From NCBI RefSeq assembly GCF_006345805.1, contig NW_021836447.1, positions 1 through 25,980 on the forward strand: a stretch of 25,980 nt of DNA, read 5' to 3'. A program made the translations under genes and the position numbers. Shown here piece by piece: positions 10,020-20,926 of the stretch (the stretch's first letter is position 1; each line of letters begins with the position of its first letter). The DNA comes from Octopus sinensis. Its lineage: Eukaryota. A model generated the notes under the pieces. It did not search any database, was not told the origin of the DNA, and saw nothing but the letters and a program-made list of their open reading frames with translations.

Positions 10020-10089
<70 letters not shown>
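9676..10089. repeat. (TCTA)n microsatellite split by a ~200-bp retroposon 3' end (9824-10020)
   Basis: TCTA runs on both sides; the insert ends CCCTGTGTGGCCAATAAAGAAA. Confidence 0.75.
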
Positions 10090-10102
10090 CAATATATATA
10101 TC

Positions 10103-10295
10103 ATTATAGGGAGAGTCTACAAAAAAGACAAAAGACGAAGACAGGTGGTGTACAAAACAAACAGATGTATTAGTATAACGCTCAGGAATAGAAAAAAGTC
10201 TTTTACGTTCCGAGCCTACGCTCTTCTAAAGAAAGGGACACAGAAAAAACAGAGAAAAAATGTGTGTAGTGGCTAACGATCTGTCATGGCGACCA
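10103..10295 (-). mobile_element. Short dispersed repeat with decayed minimal hammerhead (10200-10235), copy 2
   Basis: Near-identical to 24091-24245; core decayed to CUUUAGA and GGAA. Confidence 0.6.
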
Positions 10296-10501
10296 TATAT
10301 CATTATATATATGTATGCAAGTGCGTTGCTGTGTGTGCGTGTGTGTGTCTATTTTTTGCTAAGACGAAACTATGATACGCTGTTTGTAGTAGGTCATGTG
10401 ATAAGAAGGAGGTCCTGTCATTGGCTGAATTCTTGTACTGGTGGTAACAAAACGGAGACCGGATCGAGAAATGACAGTCGTACTGACACTAACCAACGCC
10501 A

Positions 10502-10528
10502 CCAGCAGCAGGAGCAACAGCAGCAACA

Positions 10529-10600
<72 letters not shown>
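10502..10600. repeat. Compound (CAG)n(TAG)n microsatellite
   Basis: Direct reading. Confidence 0.9.
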
Positions 10601-11049
10601 ATGACTATTTCTAATGGTGTTTGTTATTTTTTCATTCCACCAGTCTCACATATTCCGTTAAATAACTTTAACTGTATATTTTTAGGGTGTCACATGACAA
10701 TCTTCTTACTTGTGCGCGCGCCTTTATTCATAACAAGCTCCTTCTATATACACCGTTTGTCTGTTTGTCTGCCAGTCTGTCTGTCTGTGTCTCTTTCTGT
10801 CTGTCTGTTTCGCTCTCATGGGTGTTTGCACGTATGTATTTGAGTGTGTTTGTGCTTTCATATATATGTATGTATGTGTGTGCGTGTGCGTATACACTTA
10901 TACGCATGCTTCCATTCGCACGTGCATACGCAAACGTTCGTATGCGCACTATCACAGAAACGTGTATCTATTTCCGCATACTTTATATACACTGACGCAT
11001 ATTTATTTACACACATAAGCACATATACACGCGCATACCTGCAGATATA

Positions 11050-11340
11050 GGAATACATGTATCTCCATACATATTTATACTACATATATATATATGTATG
11101 TATATATATATAATATATATATATATATAGATAATTATATATATATAAATATACATACATATATATATGTTATACATACATATATATAATGTGATATATA
11201 TACATATATATATATATATATTAATTACATACATATTAATATATACATATATATAATATAGATATCTTTCTATCTATCTATCTATATTATATAGTGTGTG
11301 TTGTGTATTTTCTTATCTATCTATCTATCTATTTATCTCT

Positions 11341-11390
<50 letters not shown>

Positions 11391-11410
11391 CTATCTATCC
11401 ATTTATCTAT
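11050..11410. repeat. (TA)n, (TCTA)n and (CT)n block
   Basis: Direct reading. Confidence 0.85.
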
Positions 11411-11677
11411 CCTATCTGTATACACGCATGCATATACGCCTGTACCGCCATCCTATAAACATATACACTTGTCATTATACATTCAGCCCTCTTTTAGTTT
11501 CACTTCTTGTTTATTTAACTTCCTTTATATCTCCACCTTCTTTTGTCCCACCCTACAACCATCTCTCTCCCCACTGCCTCCACCACCCTCCCCACGCCGA
11601 ACGCACCATCATTCCTTAATGAACTCTATATCAATAAACAGAATATAACGGCTTGGCATCTTTAATGTCTTGCAAAT

Positions 11678-12081
11678 TCATCATCATCTTCATCGCCATC
11701 ATCATCACCACCTTCATCGCCATCATCATCATCATCAGCAGCAGCAGCAGCGTCTTCATCATCATCATCGCCATCATCATCATCACCATCATCATCACCA
11801 TCACCTTCATCGTCATCATCATCAGCAGCAGCAGCAGCATCCTCATCATCATCATCGCCATCATCATCATCACCATCATCATCACCATCACCTTCATCGT
11901 CATCATCATCATCATCAGCAGCAGCAGCAGCAGCATCCTCATCATCATCATCATCGCCATCATCATCATCATCACCATCATCACCTTCATCGTCATCATC
12001 ATCATCAGCAGCAGCAGCATCCTCATCATCATCGTCATCATCATCATCGTCGCCGTCTTCCCTCTCCTCCTCCTCCTCCTT

Positions 12082-12112
<31 letters not shown>

Positions 12113-12345
12113 CCAGCATCATCATCGTCATCATCATCGTCGTCGTCATCAGTACAAGCATCATGAATAACAGCAACATATATAGTAGAAGTATTATTAG
12201 TAGTAGTGCTGGTACAAGTAGTAGTAGTTGTAGTAGTAGAAACAGCAGTAGCGCCAGTAGCAGTAGCAGCAGTAGTAGTAGTAGTAGCAGCGGCAGCAGC
12301 AGTGGTAGTAGTAGTAGCAGCGGCAGCAGCAGTGGTAGTAGTGTC
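11678..12345. repeat. (CAT)/(CAG) then (TAG)/(CAG) trinucleotide tract with an ~87-93 bp higher-order unit
   Basis: CCTTCATCG landmark at 11711, 11804, 11891 and 11984. Confidence 0.9.
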
Positions 12346-12459
12346 TGTGATAAAATCTACAGATAACAACAACAAAAACAATAATACATTATTTACAATT
12401 TTTACATTATTTACATTACTCCAAGTTTCCGTGTTCGATTCCCGGCATTGACCTGAATA

Positions 12460-12584
12460 AAAATAATAATAATAGTAATAATAATAATAATAGTAATAAT
12501 AATTATAATAATAATGATTATAATAATAATAATAGTAATAATAATAATAATAATAATAATTATATAATAATATAATACTAATAC

Positions 12585-12630
<46 letters not shown>
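12460..12630. repeat. (AAT)n microsatellite, the tail of the adjacent minus-strand SINE
   Basis: Direct reading. Confidence 0.9.
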
Positions 12631-12826
12631 CCTTCCTACTAAAGGCACAAATCCTTAAATCTGGGTGGGCGAGGGGACAAGTCGACTAGATCGACCCCTG
12701 TACGCAATTGGTTCTTAATTTTTCGTCCCTGAGAGGATGAAAAGCAAAGCTGACTTCGGCGGAATTTAAGCTCAGAACGTAGTGACGAGCGAAATACCGC
12801 CAAGCATTTCGTCCAGCATGCTAACG

Positions 12827-12829
<3 letters not shown>
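12631..12829 (-). mobile_element. SINE family B with alternative 3' tail
   Basis: Reverse complement gives ATCGTTAGCATGCTGGACGAAATGCTTGGCGGTATTTC...GTTCTGAGCTTAAATTCCGCCGAAGTCAGC..., ending TTGTGCCTTTAGTAGGAAGG(ATT)n. Confidence 0.75.
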
Positions 12830-12881
<52 letters not shown>

Positions 12882-12902
12882 TAATAATAATAATAATATA
12901 AT

Positions 12903-13289
12903 GCAAGCGTGAATCTGAATGGTTAGGGTATTCGACACACGATCGTAATATCCTGATTTCAAGTTCAGGCGTTATGTCCTTGAGCAAGATACTTTATTTC
13001 CCAAAGCTGCAGTCCACTCAGCTCACAAAATTGAGCTGTATCTGGAATTCAAGCAGCTTCCTCCTCCAATTCTGTTTCACGCTGAAGATCCATGAGATTC
13101 AGCATGACACAGAATGTGACAAGGCTGGCCCGTGACGGAGCACTCCACTGAGACGCATATGTTAAGCGCATGCGTCTCAGTGACTGGCTTAGCCACTTGC
13201 ACTTTAATTTCTCGAGCAGGGTGTTCCGTTGATTTCGGATCAAGTGGAACACTCCTCGTCGTAACGGACGAAGCACCAGTTTTTTTTTT
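12903..13289 (+). mobile_element. tRNA-derived SINE family C with internal inverted segments
   Basis: Head TGGTTAGGGTATTCG; GTCCTTGAGCAAG core; 3' part colinear with the reverse complement of 21431-21770; poly-T end. Confidence 0.7.
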
Positions 13290-13789
13290 AATGATAAAAA
13301 TGATAATTATAAAATAAATGCTTCGAACATGTAGCAATTATAAAGATATAAAAGATACACTGAAAAATGGAAAAAGAGAAAGAAAAAGAATATAAAAGAA
13401 AATAAATGTTAAGAAAAAAAGAACAAAAATTCACAAAAAAGGAAACAAGTCATTAGGTCGGATTCATTTTCGGATGAAACGTTCGGATTCCTGAAAATTT
13501 GGTGTTATTAAACCAATTTATGATCGAAATATTTCTTTTTTGTGTTTTAGTCAAGAGAAGGAAAGGGTCGTTAATTGAAAAATTATTGTATTTGAAATCA
13601 TTTTGCTAGTTTAATTCAGTTTTATGAGGTAACAAGTGTAACTGAAGTGTTATTAAATGGCATGTTTTAATTCACACTGAAGCATAAAAAAAAATGTTGC
13701 GGCTTGTGCATTTCGGAGAAGATAGCTATTTTCTTCCACATTAGTCGTATTAATTTTAAATTTTGGCACACGACTAGAGGTTTTGAGGA

Positions 13790-13945
13790 AAGAATAAGTC
13801 GATTACATCGACCCCAGTATTCAACTGCTACTTATTCTCTCGACCCTGAAAAAGATGAAAGTTAAAGTCGACCCGGGCGGAATTTGAACTTAGAACGACG
13901 AAATGCCGCTAAGCATTTTTGCCCGGCGTGCTAACGATTCGGCAA
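13790..13945 (-). mobile_element. SINE family B fragment
   Basis: Reverse complement matches the head and core of the 14926 unit. Confidence 0.7.
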
Positions 13946-14039
13946 CTCAGTGCTTTATCCACACTGGTAATATTATGAGCATCAATTGGATTTAATGAGT
14001 TTTTGTTTTTGTAAGAGAGGAAATAGGTAGAAATATACC

Positions 14040-14850
14040 CAGTATCAACGCAGATCTTTTGTTAGCAACGACGTCAAACCAAGAGAAATAGAGAGAAGAG
14101 AGTTTCATTTGATCTAATGCACTCAACAAGGACAGATGACGAGATGGGAAGAACATGTTGTTGACAGAAAAATAAGTTGGAATGAGATATGGAGGTGGAC
14201 CACATCTCGGTTACGTTTTCTGATTCGTTCATCCTATGATGTCTTACCATCACCTGCAAATCTAATAAGATGGAACGTCTCAGAGAATGATAGATGCAAA
14301 TACGGAAAGGTCAGAACACTGAAACATATTCTTTCCAACTGTTCATTAGCATTGAACAGGTATGCATGGAGACACAGCCTGGTCCTGAAGATTATCTTCA
14401 ATGCTATCAAAAACCAAATTCATCTCAACAACAGTGAAAAAAAACTGTTGAAAGTACCATCAAGAGATTTCATTACCTTCGTGCGCTCGGGACAGCAGAT
14501 CCATTTCAAGTTAAAGAAGAAGAAGAAAAAGAAGAAGAAGAAGAAGAAACTTCCTGTGAGCGATGAAAAGTGGAACGGCTATTGGGAAGTAACTACAGAT
14601 TTACCAGGGTGCCAGGGATACTTTCTCATCCCAGCTACGAAAAAACCGGACATCTTAATGTAGTGTGAAAGAAAGAAAGTGGTGATTCTAGCCGAGTTAA
14701 CATTCGTCGTGAAGATAACCTGGACGCCATTATGTAAACAACCTCGAGGAATGTGAAAACGCAGGCTGGAAAGTAGAGCATTTTCCAATCGAAATCGGAT
14801 GTGGCTGGTTTGTTGGACACAGGGTGACGCGACTGCTGTTATCGTTAGGC
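14040..14850 (+). pseudogene. 3' fragment of an RLE-type non-LTR retrotransposon, HERO-clade-like (post-RT region, zinc knuckle, PD-(D/E)xK endonuclease)
   Basis: QQGQMTRWE...RKISWNEIW...RLRFLIRSSYDVLPSPANL...TLKHILSNC..AL.RY.WRH; KPDIL...ILAELT...GWKVEHFPIEIGC; stops and frameshifts in the 3' part. Confidence 0.75.
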
Positions 14851-14925
14851 CTAGCCCATCGAAAAGTAACTACCTCTATGACCGCTATCTAAACTGCAGT
14901 GGTATGGTAAATAGGTGAAAGATAA

Positions 14926-16013
14926 GGCAGCGAGCTGGCAGAAACGTTAGCACGCTGGGCGAAAATGCGTAGCCGTATTTCGTCTGTCGTTATGTTCTGA
15001 GTTCAAATACCGCCGAGGTCGACTTTGCCTTTCATCCTTTCGGGGTCGATTAAATAAGTACCAGTTATGTACTGGGATCGATATAATCGACTTAATCCGT
15101 TTGTCTGTCCTTGTTTGTCCTCTCTGTGTTTAGCCCCTTGTGGGCAGTAAAGAAATAAGAAACGTTAGCACGCCGGGCGAAATGCGTAGCCGTATTTCGT
15201 CCGGCATTATGTTCTGAGTTCAAATGCGCCGAGGTCGACTTTGCCTTTCATCCTTTCGGGGTCGATTAAATAAGTACCAGTTATGTACTGGGATCGATAT
15301 AATCGACTTAATCGTTTGTCTGTCCTTGTTTGCCTCTCTGTGTTTAGCCCCTTGTGGGCAGTAAAGAAATAAGAAACGTTAGCACGCCGGCGAAATGCGT
15401 AGCCGTATTTCGTCCGGCATTATGTTCTGAGTTCAAATTGCGCCGAGGTCGACTTTGCCTTTCATCCTTTCGGGGTCGATTAAATAAGTACCAGTTAGTA
15501 CTGGATCGATATAATCGACTAATCCGTTTGTCTGTCCTTGTTTGTCCTCTCTGTGTTTAGCCCCTTGTGGCAGTAAAGAAATAAAAACGTTAGCACGCCG
15601 GGCGAAATGCGTAGCCGTATTTCGTCCGGCATTATGTTCTGAGTTCAAATTGCACGAGGTCGACTTTGCCTTTCATCCTTTCGGGGTCGATTAAATAAGT
15701 ACCAGTTATGTACTGGGATCGATATAATCGACTTAATCCGTTTGTCTGTCCTTGTTTGTCCTCTCTGTGTTTAGCCCCTTGTGGGCAGTAAAGAAATAAG
15801 AAACGTTAGCACGCCGGGCGAAATGCGTAGCCGTATTTCGTCCGGCATTATGTTCTGAGTTCAAATTGCGCCGAGGTCGACTTTGCCTTTCATCCTTTCG
15901 GGGTCGATTAAATAAGTACCAGTTATGTACTGGGATCGATATAATCGACTTAATCCGTTTGTCTGTCCTTGTTTGTCCTCTCTGTGTTTAGCCCCTTGTG
16001 GGCAGTAAAGAAA
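14926..16013 (+). mobile_element. Tandem array of five SINE family B copies (~211-218 bp each)
   Basis: GAAACGTTAGCACG landmarks at 14941, 15159, 15373, ~15584 and 15800; only copy 1 has the GGCAGCGAGCTGGCA head. Confidence 0.92.
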
Positions 16014-16101
16014 CAGATATGGTAAGTATGTGAAAGACGGAAGATAGAATATACGAGAATTTTTATTAATCACCACAATTGTTTCGATACGTCTAGCATC
16101 A

Positions 16102-16207
16102 ATCCATTCACAAGGCTGTGGTCGGCCCGAGGGTATAGCAGAAGATACCTGCCGTAGGAGTCACACAATGGGGTTGCACCTGGAACCATGTGGTTGAGAA
16201 GGAATAT
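16102..16207 (-). mobile_element. SINE family A 5' fragment
   Basis: Reverse complement gives AACCACATGGTTCCAGGTGCAACCCC...GGGCCGACCACAGCCTTGTGAATGG, colinear with 190-295. Confidence 0.65.
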
Positions 16208-16250
16208 TTATATATATATATGTATATATGCAAATATATATTTATATACA

Positions 16251-16282
<32 letters not shown>

Positions 16283-16287
<5 letters not shown>

Positions 16288-16509
16288 GAAACTTTTGCAG
16301 GCCAGGCGATATGCCTAGCGGTATTTCGTCTGCCGCCTGCCGTTACGTTCTGAGTTAAAATTCCGCCGAGGTCGACTTTGCCTTTCATCCTTTCGTGGGT
16401 CGATTAAATAAGTACCAGTAACACACTGGGGTTGATGCAATCAGCTTAATCCCTTCTTCTCTCCTTGTCTGTCCCCTCTAAGTTTAGCCCCTTGTAGGCA
16501 ATAAAGATA
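16283..16509 (+). mobile_element. SINE family B solo copy
   Basis: Colinear with the array unit; ends TTTAGCCCCTTGTAGGCAATAAAGA. Confidence 0.8.
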
Positions 16510-16514
16510 TATAT

Positions 16515-16790
16515 TGAAGAGCGGAGGGACACATGAGATGATACAACCATAGGTAAACAATTTACTTCCCAAATATGCAACACTCATGAATGCTAGAACG
16601 CCTACTATTATAATAGAATTGCACGACTTGTGCAAGAAACTGGGGTTTAAAGCGTAACAGGAACAAAAATACATAAGGAGCGACAAAAAATTTGAAATTG
16701 ATAAAGAATATTTCCATAAACAAAAACGGTAAACAGGTGTAGATAGCAAAGTGACGTATTTAGAACACACAGAATCAAAGAAGCGGCGTT
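16515..16790 (+). pseudogene. Possible highly decayed RLE non-LTR retrotransposon C-terminal remnant
   Basis: A plus frame reads EMIQP*VNNLLPKYATL...ELHDLCKKLGF, resembling the ETIQH...CPK.A...IH.DLCKK.G zinc-knuckle region; several stops. Confidence 0.25.
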
Positions 16791-17012
16791 ATTAGAGTCA
16801 GCCATCTTGGCTAAAGACTACGAAATTACGTTCAACGTGATAAAATAATAATAATAAAAATATGTGGAATGGAATATAATGTTAGAATGGCATTCTTGGT
16901 GTGGCGGTTTCCATATCCTATTTAAGAATAATAAAAAACAAAAACAAAGCAAAACTAAGCTGTTAACTATGTAAAATAAAATTAGTTTAAAAATTAATAT
17001 ATATAATATGTA

Positions 17013-17064
<52 letters not shown>

Positions 17065-17225
17065 TATGTATATATATATAAATGCATGCATGTACACACA
17101 CTCACCACATACACACACGTTTATATATGTTTATATGCATACATATAAATATACATATATATATATTGTATATACATATGTGTGTGTTCCTAAATAATGT
17201 ACATCTCTCTCTCTCTTTCTATATT

Positions 17226-17289
<64 letters not shown>

Positions 17290-17375
17290 GTGTGTGTATC
17301 TATACACACATATATATACTTGTGTGTATATACATATATATTTGAGTTTGTAATAGTATATATCTATCTATCTTC

Positions 17376-17409
<34 letters not shown>

Positions 17410-17554
17410 GTGTGTGTTTGTGTGTGTGTGTGTGGCGTGTGTGTGGTGTGTGTGCATATGCATATATGGGTACAGGACGTCACCAGCAGTGAGTGTGTGT
17501 GTCTATCTCTATTCAATCAGCATATTAAATATATATTTACATATATGCATTTGG

Positions 17555-17645
17555 TCTACCTACCTACCTACCTATGTATGTATCTATGTATGTATGTATG
17601 TATGTATGTATGTATGTATGTATGTATGTATGTATGTATGTATCT
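17555..17645. repeat. (TACC)n(TATG)n microsatellite
   Basis: Direct reading. Confidence 0.9.
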
Positions 17646-17821
17646 GTCTGTCTATCGGTCTATCTTCAGGTGTGTGTGTGCGTGTGTGCGTGCGGGCAAG
17701 TATGAATGTTTGTGGGACGGTGTACAAACGTATTTATACTTATATCTCTGTATGAAAATATATTTACTCGTACATATATTTATGTGCGTTTACATATACA
17801 TAGAATTATATTACTTCATTT

Positions 17822-19200
17822 ACACATACATATACATACATAAATACATACATGCATACATACATACATACATACATACATACATACATTCATACATACA
17901 TACATACATACATACATACATACATACATACATACATACATACATACATACATTCATACATACATACATACATACATACATACATACATACATACATTCA
18001 TACATACATACATACATACATACATACATACATACATGCATGCATACATACATACATACATACATACATACATAGATACATACATACATACATGCATACA
18101 TACATACATACATACATACCTACATACATACATACATACATTCATACATACATACATAAATACATACATACATACATACATACATACATTCATACATACA
18201 TACATACATACATACATACATACATACATACATTCATACATACATACATACATACATACATACATACATACATGCATGCATACATACATACATACATACA
18301 TACATACATACATACTACATACATACATACATACATGCATGCATACTATACCTACATACATACATACCTACATACATACATACATACATTCATACATACA
18401 TACATAAATACATACATACATACATACATACATGCACACATACATACATACATACATACATGCATACATACATACATACATACATAGATAAATACATACA
18501 TACATACATTCATACATACATACATACATACATACATACATGCACACATACATACATACATACATACATACATGCATACATACATACATACATACATAGA
18601 TAAATACATACATACATGCATACATACATGCATACATGCTAACATACATACATACATACATGCATACATACATACATACATACATAGATAAATACATACA
18701 TACATACATACATACATACATACATACATACATACATACATACATACATACACACATACATACATGCATACATACATACATACATACATACATACATACA
18801 TACATGCTAACATATATACATACATACATACATACATACATGCATACATACATACATACATACATACATACATACATACATGCTAACATATATACATACA
18901 TACATACATACATACATGCATACATACATACATACATACATACATACATACATACATACATGCTAACGTATATACATACATACATACATACATACATGCA
19001 TACATACATACATACATACATACCAATACATACATGCTACATAATTACATGCATACATACATACATACATCTACATACATACATACATACATACATACAT
19101 ACATACATGCTACATATATACATGCATACATACATACATACATACATACATACATACATACATACATACATACACACATACATACATACACACATACCAT
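17822..19200. repeat. ~1.4-kb (CATA)n microsatellite with patterned variant units
   Basis: Direct reading; variants CATT, CATG, GATAAATA and TGCTAA. Confidence 0.95.
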
Positions 19201-19490
19201 GTAACCATTGAAGAACTATTAAGTCCCATCTGTTCTCAGCCAACCTAGAGAAGAATAACATTAAAAGTAACCAGAAAAGGCAAAAAAAAAAAAATCATAG
19301 CAAAACAAAAACAAAAAAAAAGTACCAAACAACAAGCAAATAATGTTAACCAAAACAAAATACAAACAAACAAACACACAAGACGGTAAGTAGGGTACAA
19401 GTGGCGAGCAATTAGAGATAAAAGAAAATATACTACTTCATGGACAGTTAGAGATAGACACACATGGCGTTCATATAAAAATGATGATGA

Positions 19491-19521
<31 letters not shown>

Positions 19522-19622
19522 CTCAATAATTTCAATATATATGAGTATATACGTATATATATATATAATATATATATAATATAAACAGATACTACATATG
19601 CTATAATATATAATATATACCT

Positions 19623-19667
<45 letters not shown>

Positions 19668-19674
19668 GTATATA

Positions 19675-19850
19675 TTATATAAAAGGGCTTAGTAAAATAA
19701 TTACTTTATTTTACTAAGCCCTTTAATTTACTAAGCCCTTTTATATAATGTAATAATTTGAATTCGCCTTGAATGGTCCCTTTGCATACTGAACACTTGG
19801 TGAAATTGATTAATAATTAATTAATTTTGCCCTCAATTGTTGAAATTATA
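19675..19850. repeat. Palindrome-bearing repeat fragment related to 23992-24042
   Basis: Inverted repeat AAAGGGCTTAGTAAAATA / TATTTTACTAAGCCCTTT; 19788-19833 is similar to 23992-24042. Confidence 0.55.
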
Positions 19851-20006
19851 TATGTATATATATATACTTATGTATATATAAGTGTGTGTGTATAACTATC
19901 CATCTATATATATACATACATACGTATATATATATATATAATATAGGTAGTATATATATGTATATGTATATGCATACACACTCACACACATACGCACATA
20001 CACACA

Positions 20007-20074
<68 letters not shown>

Positions 20075-20077
<3 letters not shown>

Positions 20078-20815
20078 TGGGTATCGACATGGGTGATGAT
20101 ACCTCTTTCCAAGTGCATGATTACCAGGATGGCGACAAAGTGCAGACGAGTGGCTGGATGGATCCTGAGAACATTCAGAACCAGAGATAAGGAAACCATG
20201 ATGTTCCTCAGCCGCTTGGATTACTGCTCACAGCTATGGTCACCCAACAGTGTGAAATTAACAGCGGACCTTGAAGCAATCCAGAGAAGATTCACAAAGA
20301 AGATCGTATCTTTGCAACTGCTCAGCTACTGGGAAAAGCTGAAACAGCTAAGACTCTACTCCCTGGAGAGAAGACGGGAGAGGTATGCAGTAATATATAT
20401 CTGGAAGATCCTGGAAGGAATTGTGCCAAATTTTGGCATTGTAAGCTACACCAATGCTAGAACTGGACGACACTGCATAGTGCCAAAGATCTCAGCAACG
20501 CCATCGCGCTTCAGGACCAGCTTCTGCAACAGCCTGGGTTTCAGGGGCCCACAGCTTTTTAATATTCTTCTAAAGAGCCTGAGGAACCTGCACAAAGTAG
20601 ATGTAGACGTTTTAAAATAAAAACTGGACCTCTTCCTGTCGAGAGTCCCAGATGAACCTACCTCACGGCAAGAGGTGCAAATGAAGGTAGCTACATCAAA
20701 CTCCATTCTTCACCAAGTGCTACATATTGGAGGAGGCTCTCTGTAAAAACAGTGTAGCAAAACGGCGGTGCATCGGCATGGCCGGAGCTATCGTCTGAAA
20801 CTGCAGCCAAAAATA
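20075..20815 (+). mobile_element. Second CR1/L2-group LINE 3' fragment (diverged relative of 4454-6507)
   Basis: KCRRVAGWILRTFRTRDKETMM...SLERRRERYAVIYIWKILEG...GFRGPQLFN; 18-bp in-frame deletion relative to copy 1; same 3' GGCGGTGC...CATGGCC...CTGAAAC motif. Confidence 0.88.
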
Positions 20816-20926
20816 AACAATGTATGTGATGCACTCACACACACACACACATATATGTACATACATACATACATACATATATATATATATATTCGTATGT
20901 ATTTGCGTGTCTATCGAAATACGCTA

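Noticed and set aside
10260-10574. Poly-Gln ORF as a possible exon
   Set aside because: Starts within a repeat element and ends in (CAG)n(TAG)n; no recognisable domain or splice support
12425-12455. GTTCGATTCCCGGC as a tRNA gene
   Set aside because: Only a T-arm/B-box-like fragment; no D arm, anticodon arm or acceptor stem
11662-12648. 328-aa minus ORF with poly-Asp/Thr/Tyr, superficially like acidic biomineral proteins
   Set aside because: Composed entirely of adjacent trinucleotide microsatellites and open in several frames on both strands; no signal peptide or splice evidence
14926-16013. CRISPR-like array
   Set aside because: Eukaryotic context; units are whole SINE copies with no unique spacers
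16070-16105. Minus-strand TTGATGC...GAAA-CAATTG-TG hammerhead-like motif
   Set aside because: Core mismatched at two positions, non-cleavable G at position 17, weak stem II
17197-19211. Many long YIHT/MYVC ORFs
   Set aside because: Translations of (CATA)n and (TA)n repeats
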